Assembly (NCBI GenBank): GCA_022822375.1
Contig: JAJEBU010000101.1
Coordinates: 5,234-69,233 of the forward strand
Direction of reading: 5' to 3'
DNA length: 64,000 nt
Origin: Dehalococcoidia bacterium
GTDB lineage: Bacteria; Chloroflexota; Dehalococcoidia; Bin125
Notes under the pieces: generated by a model
The model's input: the letters and a program-made list of their open reading frames with translations, nothing else
The model's database searches: none
What the model was told of the DNA's origin: nothing
Part shown: in pieces, positions 36,691-45,788 of the stretch
Layout: the number at the start of each line of letters is the position of its first letter
How positions within the stretch are numbered: the stretch's first letter is position 1
Translations under genes and position numbers: made by a program

Positions 36691-37337
36691 TCACGATTCT
36701 GGTGATTTGGTTTGGTTTGGGCGGGCTCGCGGCGTTGATCACGCTGGGGATGACCCTTTCCGATCCCAATGATGCGAACATCCTCGACGTCTTGGGAATC
36801 GTGCTCCTTCTCTGCCCGTTTATCGTCGCCTTCGGGCCGTTTGGACTGCTAGTCGTATTGTTCTTCGATAGCGCCACCGAGGAAGGTAAGCGACGCGACG
36901 AGCAAGAGCGTCGCAGGAAGCAAGCCGCCCAACAGAACCTGGACATGCAAGACGCCAGGAGTCGGCGGTCCGCTGAAGAGCAGTACATCCTCTCTCGCCA
37001 GTGGAACGACGCCGACCAACAAGATCGCGCACTGCTGGAAGCTGAGTATCAGCGCCTCAAGCGGGCACGAGAGGAGGAGAATCGGCGGCCAGAGCGGGCG
37101 ATCGTCGAGCGGCTGCGCGCAGAGCAGGAAGCGCGGAGAGCAGCGGAGCAGAATGCCGAACGCATCCGTAGTGCGTACGAAGCGCGGTCGAAGGAGCGTG
37201 AGCTCTCTGCGAAGATACGGCGAATGCGGCAATCAGGATCGACGCCGCCTCAAGCGAGTGAGAACGTCGAACGACCGGAAGGCACGCCCGCTCCAAGAAA
37301 CTGGCGGGAAGAGCGCCCGCCGTTCTGGAGGGATTGA
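36678..37337 (+). CDS. Membrane protein with two N-terminal TM helices and a long charged coiled-coil C-terminus
   Basis: 'ILVIWFGLGGLAALITLG' TM region followed by E/R/Q-rich heptad-like tail. Paralogous N-terminus with the next gene. Confidence 0.5.
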   Translation: MDVLITILVIWFGLGGLAALITLGMTLSDPNDANILDVLGIVLLLCPFIVAFGPFGLLVVLFFDSATEEGKRRDEQERRRKQAAQQNLDMQDARSRRSAEEQYILSRQWNDADQQDRALLEAEYQRLKRAREEENRRPERAIVERLRAEQEARRAAEQNAERIRSAYEARSKERELSAKIRRMRQSGSTPPQASENVERPEGTPAPRNWREERPPFWRD

Positions 37338-37345
37338 CTTCGAGC

Positions 37346-37573
37346 ATGGAGATCATTGTCGTCCTCATCATCTGGCTGGCCTTTGGTGCCGTTGGTGCGA
37401 TGATCATGAGCGGCAAAGGGCGGACCGGCTGCGGCGGCTTCGCATTGGGCGTGGCACTCGGACCGATCGGCCTGATCATTGCCATGCTGTTCCGACCGAG
37501 TGTGGAGAATGAAGCTGAACGCCAGCTGCGCATCGAAGAGCTGAAGCGCCGTCGGCGCGACTTCGATGACTGA
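37346..37573 (+). CDS. Small membrane protein, paralogous to the N-terminal region of the upstream gene
   Basis: 'VLIIWLAFGAVGAMIMSG' then 'ELKRRRRDFDD'. ATG at 37346 with GGAGGG ribosome-binding site. An alternative TTG at 37334 overlaps the upstream stop. Confidence 0.5.
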   Translation: MEIIVVLIIWLAFGAVGAMIMSGKGRTGCGGFALGVALGPIGLIIAMLFRPSVENEAERQLRIEELKRRRRDFDD

Positions 37574-37590
37574 AGAGCCTCGAATCGCCG

Positions 37591-38280
37591 ATGCCGCGTC
37601 GACGCCGTAGGCCGCAACCGCTTCGCCCCACCGCGATCATCAAGCGGCTCGTCCGCGAGGCGCCGTTGACGCCGTGGCGTCCCAGCCACGATCCGGTGAC
37701 CGAGCTCGTGCTCACGCTGCTCTCGCAGAACACATCGGACACCAACTCAGGCCGCGCCTTCCAACAACTGTTGAAGCGATATCCAGACTGGGACGCCGTC
37801 CTCGACGCGCCGGTCGACGAGCTGGAGGACGCGATTCGCCCCGGCGGACTCGCGCCCACCAAAGCCCGACGAATGCAGGCGCTGCTGGCGCAGCTGCGTG
37901 AACGACTCGGCCCTGACTGGGACGCCTCGCGGCTCGCGGAGATGCCGATCGCGGAGGCGAAATCGTGGCTCACAGAACTACCCGGCGTCGGCCCCAAGAC
38001 GGCGGCGTGCGTCTTGCTCTTCTCGCTCGGACGCCCAGCGCTGCCGGTCGACACGCACGTGCATCGCGTGGCGCAGCGGCTCGGCCTGATCGGCCCGAAG
38101 GTCGCCGCCGTCCCGGCTCACGACATGCTGGAGGGACAACTCCCCGCCGAGCGCTACTACGACTTCCACGTCGCGCTGATCCGACACGGCCGCCGCGTCT
38201 GTCACAAGCAACGACCGAGCTGCGCCGAATGCGTGCTGCTGGACCGTTGTCCAGGTGCGGATGCGTTCGTGACCGAGTGA
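37591..38280 (+). CDS. nth: Endonuclease III (HhH-GPD DNA glycosylase with [4Fe-4S] cluster)
   Basis: HhH 'LPGVGPKTAACVL', catalytic Lys/Asp region, and C-terminal 'CHKQRPSCAECVLLDRC' cluster loop. Confidence 0.85.
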   Translation: MPRRRRRPQPLRPTAIIKRLVREAPLTPWRPSHDPVTELVLTLLSQNTSDTNSGRAFQQLLKRYPDWDAVLDAPVDELEDAIRPGGLAPTKARRMQALLAQLRERLGPDWDASRLAEMPIAEAKSWLTELPGVGPKTAACVLLFSLGRPALPVDTHVHRVAQRLGLIGPKVAAVPAHDMLEGQLPAERYYDFHVALIRHGRRVCHKQRPSCAECVLLDRCPGADAFVTE

Positions 38281-38353
38281 CGGCTTGGTCGGCGGCCGTG
38301 CGCCCAGGAGCGGTAGCCTGCTGGTAGCGAGGAACAAGATTCAGGAAACAGAC

Positions 38354-39304
38354 ATGCCGCTCACTCCAATCCGCAAGGACCAACTCAGCAAAGTCGGCGT
38401 CGGCGTCCAACGACCGGAGGACGTCGTTGTCTCTCGGGACGGCCGAGTGTGGATGTCCGACCAAGCGTCTGCCGCGGCCGAAGCGCTGCCTGACGGCACG
38501 CTCAACCGGGTCGGCAACGCCGGCGGCGCGCCGAACGGCAACAACATGGACGCCCAAGGGCGGATCATCATCGCCAACGTCGGCGGACTCGAGGGCGACG
38601 GCGGCACCGGCCCGGTCCAGCGCCTCGACGTTGACACGGGCGAGATCGAGGTGCTTGCAGACCAGATCGACGGCATTCCGTTGGTCGCGTCCAACTATCC
38701 GCACGTCGATTCTCAGGGCCGCATCTGGGTGACGCATTCCACGTCGCGATCGGGCGGCGGCGCGTTCTCGGGCGATCCAGACGGATTCCTGTTTCGCATT
38801 GAGTCGGATGGATCGCTGACGATGCTCGCCACCGAGATCCTGTTCGCGAACGGGGTCACGCTCGACCCGCAGGAGCAGAACGCCTACGTCTGCTCGACGA
38901 CGGGCTGTCACGTGCTGCGCTATCCGATCAACGCTGACGGTTCGGTCGGCGAACCATCGGTCTACGGTCCGCAGTTGGGCAAGACGATGGCCGACTTGGG
39001 AGCGGCGCGCCCGCTCAGCGCCGAGCAGCGGGGCGAGCTCGGACTGACGGACGGCTGCGGCTTCGACCAGGAGGGCAATCTCTGGGTCACGCTGCCGATG
39101 TCCAACAAAGTCGTCGCGATCACGCCTCAGTTCGAGGTCGTGACCATGATCGAGGACCTCGAGGGAGAGATCATGCAGGCCCCGACCAACGTCAGCTGGG
39201 GCGGCGACGACATGTGTGACCTGTACATCGGCTCGATCCGCAGCGATTACGTCGTCCATGCGCGCTCGCCGATTCCCGGCGAGCCGCTCGTCCACCAGCG
39301 GTAG
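38354..39304 (+). CDS. SMP-30/gluconolactonase/LRE-like beta-propeller protein
   Basis: Repeated 'DxxGxxW/Y' beta-propeller blades ('DSQGRIWVT', 'DQEGNLWVT'). Start at 38354 with AGGAAACAGAC ribosome-binding site. Confidence 0.6.
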   Translation: MPLTPIRKDQLSKVGVGVQRPEDVVVSRDGRVWMSDQASAAAEALPDGTLNRVGNAGGAPNGNNMDAQGRIIIANVGGLEGDGGTGPVQRLDVDTGEIEVLADQIDGIPLVASNYPHVDSQGRIWVTHSTSRSGGGAFSGDPDGFLFRIESDGSLTMLATEILFANGVTLDPQEQNAYVCSTTGCHVLRYPINADGSVGEPSVYGPQLGKTMADLGAARPLSAEQRGELGLTDGCGFDQEGNLWVTLPMSNKVVAITPQFEVVTMIEDLEGEIMQAPTNVSWGGDDMCDLYIGSIRSDYVVHARSPIPGEPLVHQR

Positions 39305-39308
39305 TGCG

Positions 39309-39659
39309 ATGACCAGGCTCCGCCGGCGGCTCTGGCCGCGCGACCGGCTCGCGATCGCGTTGCTGCTCTACGCCATCTGGATTCCGTTCGTCGTCGTGCT
39401 CATCAGCTACGTTGGCGACAACCAGGACGAGCCAACGAGCAGCGAGGTTCAGAGCGCAGACGAGCCTGACGACTTCGCGGACACGGTCGGCTGGACGTGG
39501 GGCGTGCTCTGGATCGGCTATGCGGCGCTGGCTGGTTGGCTGGCGCGAATCAAGGGACGCGACGCCATCCGCTGGGGACTCGCGAGCCTGTTGACGTTCA
39601 TCGCGCTGTTTCCGTTCCTCGCGGTTGCTCCAGAGCTGGAACGCGAGGACCGACCGTAA
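39309..39659 (+). CDS. Hypothetical small membrane protein
   Basis: Three predicted TM segments ('LAIALLLYAIWIPFVVVLI', 'WGVLWIGYAALAGWL', 'LASLLTFIALFPFLAV'). Confidence 0.45.
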   Translation: MTRLRRRLWPRDRLAIALLLYAIWIPFVVVLISYVGDNQDEPTSSEVQSADEPDDFADTVGWTWGVLWIGYAALAGWLARIKGRDAIRWGLASLLTFIALFPFLAVAPELEREDRP

Positions 39660-39731
39660 CGACCTTGGCCGTCGCCAATCTGCGATACTGCGCGCAATCT
39701 GAACGCTCATACCCGCTCGAAAGCAGGCAAC

Positions 39732-41441
39732 ATGCACGATCTCGTGATTCGCAACGGACTTCTCGTGGACGGGACCGGCGCGCCAGCGCGCGAGGCTGAC
39801 TTGGCCATTGACGGTGGCGTAGTCACGGCGGTTGGAGAGGTCAACGACCTCGGCCGCGAAGAGATTGACGCCGCTGGCATGCTCGTGACGCCCGGCTTCG
39901 TCGACATCCACACGCACTTCGACGGGCAGATCACCTGGGACCCGCTGTTGACGCCGTCCTTCTGGCACGGCGTCACCACCGTCGTGATGGGCAACTGCGG
40001 GGTTGGCTTCGCGCCAGCCGCACCCAACCGTCGCGACTGGCTGATTGGGCTGATGGAAGGCGTCGAGGACATCCCCGGCTCCGCATTGGCCGAGGGCATG
40101 GAGTGGGGCTGGGAGTCGTTCCCCGAGTACCTCGACTTCCTCGATCAGCTGCCCAAGGCGATTGACATCGGCACGCAGGTCCCGCACGGCGCCGTCCGCG
40201 CCTACGTGATGGGCGACCGCGGCGCGCGCAACGAGGACGCCAACCCCGAGGACATCCAGGAGATGGCAGCGATCGTCAAGGAAGGCATCGAGGCTGGCGC
40301 GCTCGGGTTCTCCACGTCGCGCACGCTCGCCCACCGCGCGATCGACGGCGAGCCGGTGCCCGGCACCTTTGCCGCCGAGGACGAGCTGTTCGGCATCGGC
40401 GGAGCGCTCAAGGAGGTTGGCACAGGCGTCTATGAGGTCGCGCCGGCCGGCGTCACCGGCGACGACGCCAATGCGCCCGAGCTCGAGATCGCCTGGATGC
40501 GCAAGCTCTCGGCTGAGATCGAGCGGCCCGTGAGCTTCGCGATGGTGCAGTTCGACAACGACCCCGAAGCCTGGCGCGACGCACTGGATCGGTCGCTCGA
40601 GGCGCTGGAGGACGGCGCTGAGCTGTACCCGCAGGTCGCGGCTCGCGGTATCTCGCTTCTGCTCACCCTGCGCGGACGCCACCCCTTCATCCACTCGGCC
40701 AGCTACCGCGAACTCGACGAGCTCGACTGGACCGAGCGCGCCGCCACGATGCGCGATCCACAGCGCCGCGAACAGATCCTCAGCGAGGTTGAAGCGCCCG
40801 ACACGGCGCTCGGCTTCATCATGTGGGACAAGCTCTACCCGATGACCGATCCGCCCAACTACGAGCCCGAAGCTGAGGATTCGGTCGAGGCCCGCGCTGC
40901 GGCCGCCGATCAGACGGCGCTCGAGTTCGCATACGACTTCCTCGCGCAGGGAGACGGCCAGAACGTGCTGTTCGCACCGCTCTTCAACTACGCCAACGGC
41001 AACCTCGACGCGACGCGGGAGATGATGCTGCACCCGAGAGTGGCGATGGGACTCTCCGACGGCGGCGCGCACTGCGGCGTGATCTGCGACGCGTCGATGC
41101 CCACCTTCATGCTCACCCACTGGGCGCGCGACCGATCGCGCGGCGACACGCTGCCGCTGGAGTGGGTCGTGAAGCGGATGACGCATGACACCGCCGAGCT
41201 CTACGGCCTGGGCGACCGCGGCACGCTCGAGGTGGGCAAGAAGGGCGACGTCAACGTGATCGACTACGACGCGCTTCAGCTCGAACCTCCGCAAGCCGTC
41301 CACGATCTGCCGACCGAGGCGATGCGCCTCATCCAGAAGTCGCGCGGCTACGTCGCCACGATCGTCAGCGGCGAGGTGATCAGCCGCGACGGCGAGGAGA
41401 CGGGCGCGCGTCCGGGTCAGCTCATCCGCGGCGCTCGGTGA
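39732..41441 (+). CDS. N-acyl-D-amino-acid deacylase (D-aminoacylase), amidohydrolase superfamily
   Basis: '[13 protein letters not shown]', '[13 protein letters not shown]' and '[11 protein letters not shown]' are D-aminoacylase hallmarks. 569 aa. Confidence 0.85.
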   Translation: MHDLVIRNGLLVDGTGAPAREADLAIDGGVVTAVGEVNDLGREEIDAAGMLVTPGFVDIHTHFDGQITWDPLLTPSFWHGVTTVVMGNCGVGFAPAAPNRRDWLIGLMEGVEDIPGSALAEGMEWGWESFPEYLDFLDQLPKAIDIGTQVPHGAVRAYVMGDRGARNEDANPEDIQEMAAIVKEGIEAGALGFSTSRTLAHRAIDGEPVPGTFAAEDELFGIGGALKEVGTGVYEVAPAGVTGDDANAPELEIAWMRKLSAEIERPVSFAMVQFDNDPEAWRDALDRSLEALEDGAELYPQVAARGISLLLTLRGRHPFIHSASYRELDELDWTERAATMRDPQRREQILSEVEAPDTALGFIMWDKLYPMTDPPNYEPEAEDSVEARAAAADQTALEFAYDFLAQGDGQNVLFAPLFNYANGNLDATREMMLHPRVAMGLSDGGAHCGVICDASMPTFMLTHWARDRSRGDTLPLEWVVKRMTHDTAELYGLGDRGTLEVGKKGDVNVIDYDALQLEPPQAVHDLPTEAMRLIQKSRGYVATIVSGEVISRDGEETGARPGQLIRGAR

Positions 41442-41448
41442 GCGACTG

Positions 41449-42057
41449 GTGAGCATCGAGCGGATCGTCACCAGGCGACTGGTCCACCGTTTGGTCAGCG
41501 AACGCCTGGTAGAACGGGTCTACGACCGGGCGCTGATCGGCAATGTCGAGCGCGGCGGGTACGTCGAGTGCATGATCGAACTCGCGTTGAGCGAAGTCTT
41601 ACCGCCTTGGACACTGACGGCAACGTGGGACGCATGGGATCTGGAGCAGCGCGAAACTGGGGCGCGGATTGAGGTCAAGCAGTCCGCCGCGCTGCAGACA
41701 TGGACCGGCCCACAACGCTCCTCGGCCACGCCGAGTTTCGACATCGCTGCGAGGAGCGGCTACTACCCGAATGGAGGTTCGGACTGGCTTGCGTTGGAGC
41801 AGCCACAGCGGTTCGCGGATGTCTACATCATGGCTTGGCACGGTGCGACTGACGCCGACCTTGTTGATCACCGTCTGCCGGACCAATGGGAGTTCTATGT
41901 CGTCTGCTCAGACGACCTTCCAGCAGGTCAGAAGACGATCAGCCTGAATCCGCTGCGGGAGCTCGCAACGGAGCCTTGCTCCTTCGATGAGCTTGCGGAA
42001 CGCGTCCAAGCGGTGCTCTCTGGGATCGAGCGGTTGAAGGTGGACAACTTGCCTTAG
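41449..42057 (+). CDS. Hypothetical protein with putative PD-(D/E)xK nuclease-fold motifs
   Basis: E ('YVECMIELAL') ... D ('TATWDAWD') ... ExK ('ARIEVKQS') spacing typical of restriction-endonuclease-like fold. Local GC is visibly lower (about 55-60%) than the flanks. Confidence 0.45.
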   Translation: MSIERIVTRRLVHRLVSERLVERVYDRALIGNVERGGYVECMIELALSEVLPPWTLTATWDAWDLEQRETGARIEVKQSAALQTWTGPQRSSATPSFDIAARSGYYPNGGSDWLALEQPQRFADVYIMAWHGATDADLVDHRLPDQWEFYVVCSDDLPAGQKTISLNPLRELATEPCSFDELAERVQAVLSGIERLKVDNLP

Positions 42058-42059
42058 AC

Positions 42060-42089
42060 GAACATGTGTCTTACTATGAACGCATGTTG
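42060..42089 (+). promoter_or_regulatory. Two Cheo/LexA-box-like GAAC-N4-GTTC half-matches overlapping the radical SAM start
   Basis: 'GAACATGTGTCT' (42060..42071) and 'GAACGCATGTTG' (42078..42089). The second is 11/12 to GAAC-N4-GTTC. Sits in an AT-richer patch. Confidence 0.25.
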
Positions 42090-42923
42090 CAGATGTCGCT
42101 CTTCGACCCCAACCCCTCCACCGCCCGCCCCGAGTCTCTGGGCGGCGCTGACGTCATCTATGCCGACTCGGCCTCCATCCTGTCGCGTCCGACCGGGCGG
42201 TTGGCGGATCTGGACTTTGTGATCAATCCGTACCAGGGCTGCACGTTCGCCTGCACCTATTGCTATGCCGCCTTCTTCGTGGCCGAGGAGGCGCAGCGCG
42301 AGCGTTGGGGTCAGTGGGTGCGCGTGAAGACGAATGCGATCGCCAAGCTGCGCGGCTCGCGGCAGGATCTGCGGGGCGCGCGCGTGTTGATGAGCAGCGC
42401 GACGGACCCGTACCAGCCGATTGAACAGCGACTGGAGCTGACGCGTTCGCTGCTGCCGATCATGCAGCAGCGCGGTGTGCATCTCTCCGTGCTCACGCGC
42501 AGCCCGCTCGTCACGCGCGACATCGACCTGTTCAGCGAGTTCGAGCGCATTTCGGTGACCGTCACCATCACCACAGACGACGATGCAGTTCGCCGCAAGT
42601 TCGAGCCGCAGTGCGCGAGCATCGAGCGACGCTTTGCGGCGCTGCGCCAGCTGTCGGACGCGGGATTGCGGACGCGCGTGAACGTCGCGCCGCTGCTGCC
42701 GATGCGTCATCCGCGATCGTTTGCGGAACAGATTCTGGAGGCTGGCGCGTCGCGGGTGCATATCGGCACGTTCCACGAGACGTCGGGTCCGTTTGCAGCG
42801 GGCACTCGGCAGCCAGCGTTGAAGCTGGCGAGCGAGTTCTGTTGGACGGAACAGCGCCGCACGCAGGCGGCGGAGATGCTGCGCAGCTATCTGAATCAGG
42901 ACGGTCGTCGGCTGGCGGCCTAA
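42066..42923 (+). CDS. Radical SAM protein, SPL-like (spore-photoproduct-lyase/'DNA repair photolyase' COG1533 family)
   Basis: 'NPYQGCTFACTYCYA' Cx3Cx2C motif and overall similarity to the SplB-like family. GTG start at 42066. Alternative ATGs at 42084 and 42093. Confidence 0.7.
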   Translation: MSYYERMLQMSLFDPNPSTARPESLGGADVIYADSASILSRPTGRLADLDFVINPYQGCTFACTYCYAAFFVAEEAQRERWGQWVRVKTNAIAKLRGSRQDLRGARVLMSSATDPYQPIEQRLELTRSLLPIMQQRGVHLSVLTRSPLVTRDIDLFSEFERISVTVTITTDDDAVRRKFEPQCASIERRFAALRQLSDAGLRTRVNVAPLLPMRHPRSFAEQILEAGASRVHIGTFHETSGPFAAGTRQPALKLASEFCWTEQRRTQAAEMLRSYLNQDGRRLAA

Positions 42924-42932
42924 CCGCTGCGC

Positions 42933-44078
42933 CTAGAGGCTCGCGTAGACGGCGTCGATCATTGGTTTCCAGCGCGGGTCCGCGCCAAGACCGGCTGACA
43001 TCTGATTCATCACGTAGCCGAAACCGATCTGCGCGTCGGGATCGGCGAAGGCGAGCGATCCGCCGGCGCCAGAATGCCCGAACGTGCGTGGATTCGGGCC
43101 CCATTCGTATCGTCCGCCCGGCGTCGAGAGGATGAAGCCGAGCGAGCGTCGCACGAGGAAGCCAAGCACCAGGTCCTCGCGGACGGCGTGCTCGGTCGTT
43201 CCGCAATGCTCAATCGCGTCGGCCGAGAGCAACCGTCCGCCGCCCTGGGAGAGCTGTCCGTAGATGGCGGCGAGGGCGCGGGCGTTGCCGTGTCCGTTGG
43301 CGGCGGGCAGCTCGGCGGCGCGCCATCCGCGCGAGTTGACATCGCCTGCGAGTCGCGGCGACGCCAGGCTGAGCGCGCGAGCGGCCAGATTGTCCGGTGG
43401 GGCGACGCCGATCGGCCCAGCGCCAGGCGCCTGCAGGAGGTCGGCGGTGCGCGGGTCCTCAGATTCTGGCAGGCCGATGAAGAAGTCGATGCCCAGCGGC
43501 TCGGCGATTTCGTCGCGAACAAACTCGCCGCAGCTTCGGCCGTCGATGCGCCGAATCACCTCGCCCACGAGCCACCCGTAGGTGATGGCGTGGTAGCCCA
43601 TTCCCTCACCCGGCGACCAGTTTGGCTTCTGACGTTCCAGCGCCGCAATCATGCGGTCCCAATCGAGCACGGCGCCGTCGGGCAAGTGCTCGTCAATGGC
43701 GGCGAGACCTGCCTCATGCGTGAGCAGATGCCGAATCAAGATGCTGGACTTGCCGGACTGGCCAAACTGCGGCCAGATGTCGACGACGGACCGCTCGACA
43801 TCGAGCACACCGCGGTCGACCAGCATCGCTGCCGCCACCGCCGCGATCCCTTTGGTTGTGGAGTAGACGTTGGCGATCGTGTCGCGGTCCCAGGCGCGAG
43901 CGCGATTGGCGTCGGCGTGGCCGCCCCACAGGTCGACGACGGTCTCGCCGCCGACCGACACGCAGAGCGATGCACCCACTTCGTCGTGGTCGGACCAGTT
44001 GGCTGCGAAGGCCTCGCGGACCGCCTCGAACTGCGGCGCGCACTCTCCATGCAGCTGCACGTCGGGTCTGGCGGGCAT
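42933..44078 (-). CDS. Serine hydrolase, beta-lactamase/esterase (class C-like) family
   Basis: 'VYSTTKGIAAVAAAML' SxxK active-site motif. 381 aa. Confidence 0.8.
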   Translation of the reverse strand: MPARPDVQLHGECAPQFEAVREAFAANWSDHDEVGASLCVSVGGETVVDLWGGHADANRARAWDRDTIANVYSTTKGIAAVAAAMLVDRGVLDVERSVVDIWPQFGQSGKSSILIRHLLTHEAGLAAIDEHLPDGAVLDWDRMIAALERQKPNWSPGEGMGYHAITYGWLVGEVIRRIDGRSCGEFVRDEIAEPLGIDFFIGLPESEDPRTADLLQAPGAGPIGVAPPDNLAARALSLASPRLAGDVNSRGWRAAELPAANGHGNARALAAIYGQLSQGGGRLLSADAIEHCGTTEHAVREDLVLGFLVRRSLGFILSTPGGRYEWGPNPRTFGHSGAGGSLAFADPDAQIGFGYVMNQMSAGLGADPRWKPMIDAVYASL

Positions 44079-44082
44079 GGCG

Positions 44083-45246
44083 CTAGTCAGCCGGTACGGC
44101 GGCGGGACGGCCCGAGAGCTCCTGCGGCAGATCAGCCTCGAGCTGGTGGATGGCCGGTAGCACTTCGGAGGCGAACAGCCGCATGCTTCGCTCCGCGGTG
44201 TCGGCGGGCATACCGCCGGAGACGCGGAAGTTGCAGATCAGCTCTTCGGCAGCAGTCATTTGCTGGATGTGCTTGAGCTTCTCGATGACTTGGTCGGGCG
44301 TGCCCCACGCTTGCGGCGTGGCAGCGAAGCGTGCGCGCTGCTCCGGCGACGTCCGTTCGTTCGTCTTGCCGAACTCGGCGTAGTACTTGTAGCCCTTGGT
44401 CGCCGCAAAGCGAGCGGAGTCGGAGAAGTTGTAGTGCCGCTCGACGCTCTCCTGGAACTCGCCGGTGTGCTGCAGGATGACGTCCCAGGCTTCTGCCTCC
44501 GTGTCGAAGCAGGCGACGTTCGCGACGACGGTCGGCTGGCGCGGCTGCCAGCCGTTGTTGACGCGGATCTCGTTGAAGCGCTGAACGTCGACCTGGTACT
44601 CCTCCCACTTCTTGGAGTTGGTGAAGAGCATGCCTAGCCCGGCGTTCGCCGCGATCTCCAGTGTCTCGGGGGAGATCCAGGCGACGCGCATCGAGTCGAG
44701 CAGCTGTTGGGGATTTCGCGGACGCGGGCGGATGGTCGTCTCGGGGATCGTGTAGAAGTCGCCCTCGTGCGAGAAGAACTCCTGGGTCAGGCCCTTGCGC
44801 ACGACTTCCAGCGACTCCAAGAATCGGTCGCGGGATTCGCCCATCGGGGAGCGGAAGGCGTCGAACTCGCGCTTGGCGGCGCCACGGCCGAGACCGAGCG
44901 TGAGCTTGCGGCCCTGCAGCATGTTGTCGAGCACCGTGATTTGCTCGGTGATCGCGACCGGGTCGTACCAGGGCAGCACGACGACCATGGTGCCAAAGTC
45001 GATCCGCTCCGTCTTGCCGGCGAAGTAGGTCAGATTCTGGAGCGCCCCGGAGGTCATGATGTAGGGCGAGAAGTGGTGGTCGATACACCAGTACGAGTCA
45101 AAGCCGAGCGGCTCGACCAATCCGCCGAGATGGATGTCTTCCTCGTAGACCTGCTGGTCCGTGATCGGCATCTCATCGCGGGTCTGGGCCTCAAAGCGGT
45201 CCCAGTCCGTGTAGTTCTGGAAGTTGAAGTGAACGCCGACTTTCAT
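44083..45246 (-). CDS. LLM-class (luciferase-like) flavin-dependent oxidoreductase
   Basis: TIM-barrel LLM profile ('MKVGVHFNFQNY...LGFDSYWCIDHHF'). 387 aa. Confidence 0.7.
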   Translation of the reverse strand: MKVGVHFNFQNYTDWDRFEAQTRDEMPITDQQVYEEDIHLGGLVEPLGFDSYWCIDHHFSPYIMTSGALQNLTYFAGKTERIDFGTMVVVLPWYDPVAITEQITVLDNMLQGRKLTLGLGRGAAKREFDAFRSPMGESRDRFLESLEVVRKGLTQEFFSHEGDFYTIPETTIRPRPRNPQQLLDSMRVAWISPETLEIAANAGLGMLFTNSKKWEEYQVDVQRFNEIRVNNGWQPRQPTVVANVACFDTEAEAWDVILQHTGEFQESVERHYNFSDSARFAATKGYKYYAEFGKTNERTSPEQRARFAATPQAWGTPDQVIEKLKHIQQMTAAEELICNFRVSGGMPADTAERSMRLFASEVLPAIHQLEADLPQELSGRPAAVPAD

Positions 45247-45363
45247 ACGGGAATCCTCATTTCAGTACGTGACCTGGGCAGGATACGCCGAAGCACTCCC
45301 ACTGTGCAGGGGAGCGATGGCGGGAGAACGCCCCAGGCGCAGGCGATGGACTACGCGATGTAC

Positions 45364-45690
45364 TTACGCGAGGACTTCGTCGAGGCGCTTGGCGAGGTCG
45401 CTCTTGGGGCGGAAGCCGACGATCTGACCGGCAACCTCGCCGTCCTTGAAGACGAGCAAGGTCGGGATGCTGCGGATCCCGTACTCGGTGGCGATCCCGG
45501 GGTTCTCGTCGGTGTTGAGCTTGTAGAAGGCGACCTTGCCGTCGTACTCCTCGGAGAGCTCGTCCACGATCGGGGCGACCATGCGGCACGGGCCGCACCA
45601 GGGTGCCCAGAAGTCGACCAGCACGGGCAGGTCGCTGTCCTTCACGTCTGCCTGAAAGCTCGCGTCCGTCACTTCCTGCGGCTTCGCCAT
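45364..45690 (-). CDS. trxA: Thioredoxin
   Basis: 'FWAPWCGPCRM' active site. 108 aa from 'MAKPQEV' with GGAGG ribosome-binding site. The longer ORF start at 45765 is unlikely. Confidence 0.9.
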   Translation of the reverse strand: MAKPQEVTDASFQADVKDSDLPVLVDFWAPWCGPCRMVAPIVDELSEEYDGKVAFYKLNTDENPGIATEYGIRSIPTLLVFKDGEVAGQIVGFRPKSDLAKRLDEVLA

Positions 45691-45788
45691 CTCAGTCCTC
45701 CATTGTGCGGTCAGGGCGACCGTCGTACACCGTTCTGTGTGGTCAAATGTACCGCATTGGAGCACGGTGCTTCGAGCCGGCGCGCAAC

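Noticed and set aside
39192-41471. 759-aa minus-strand ORF spanning the D-aminoacylase region
   Set aside because: Antisense shadow ORF typical of high-GC DNA. The plus-strand frame has clear D-aminoacylase motifs, while the minus frame is Arg/Ala/Gly-rich with no domain.
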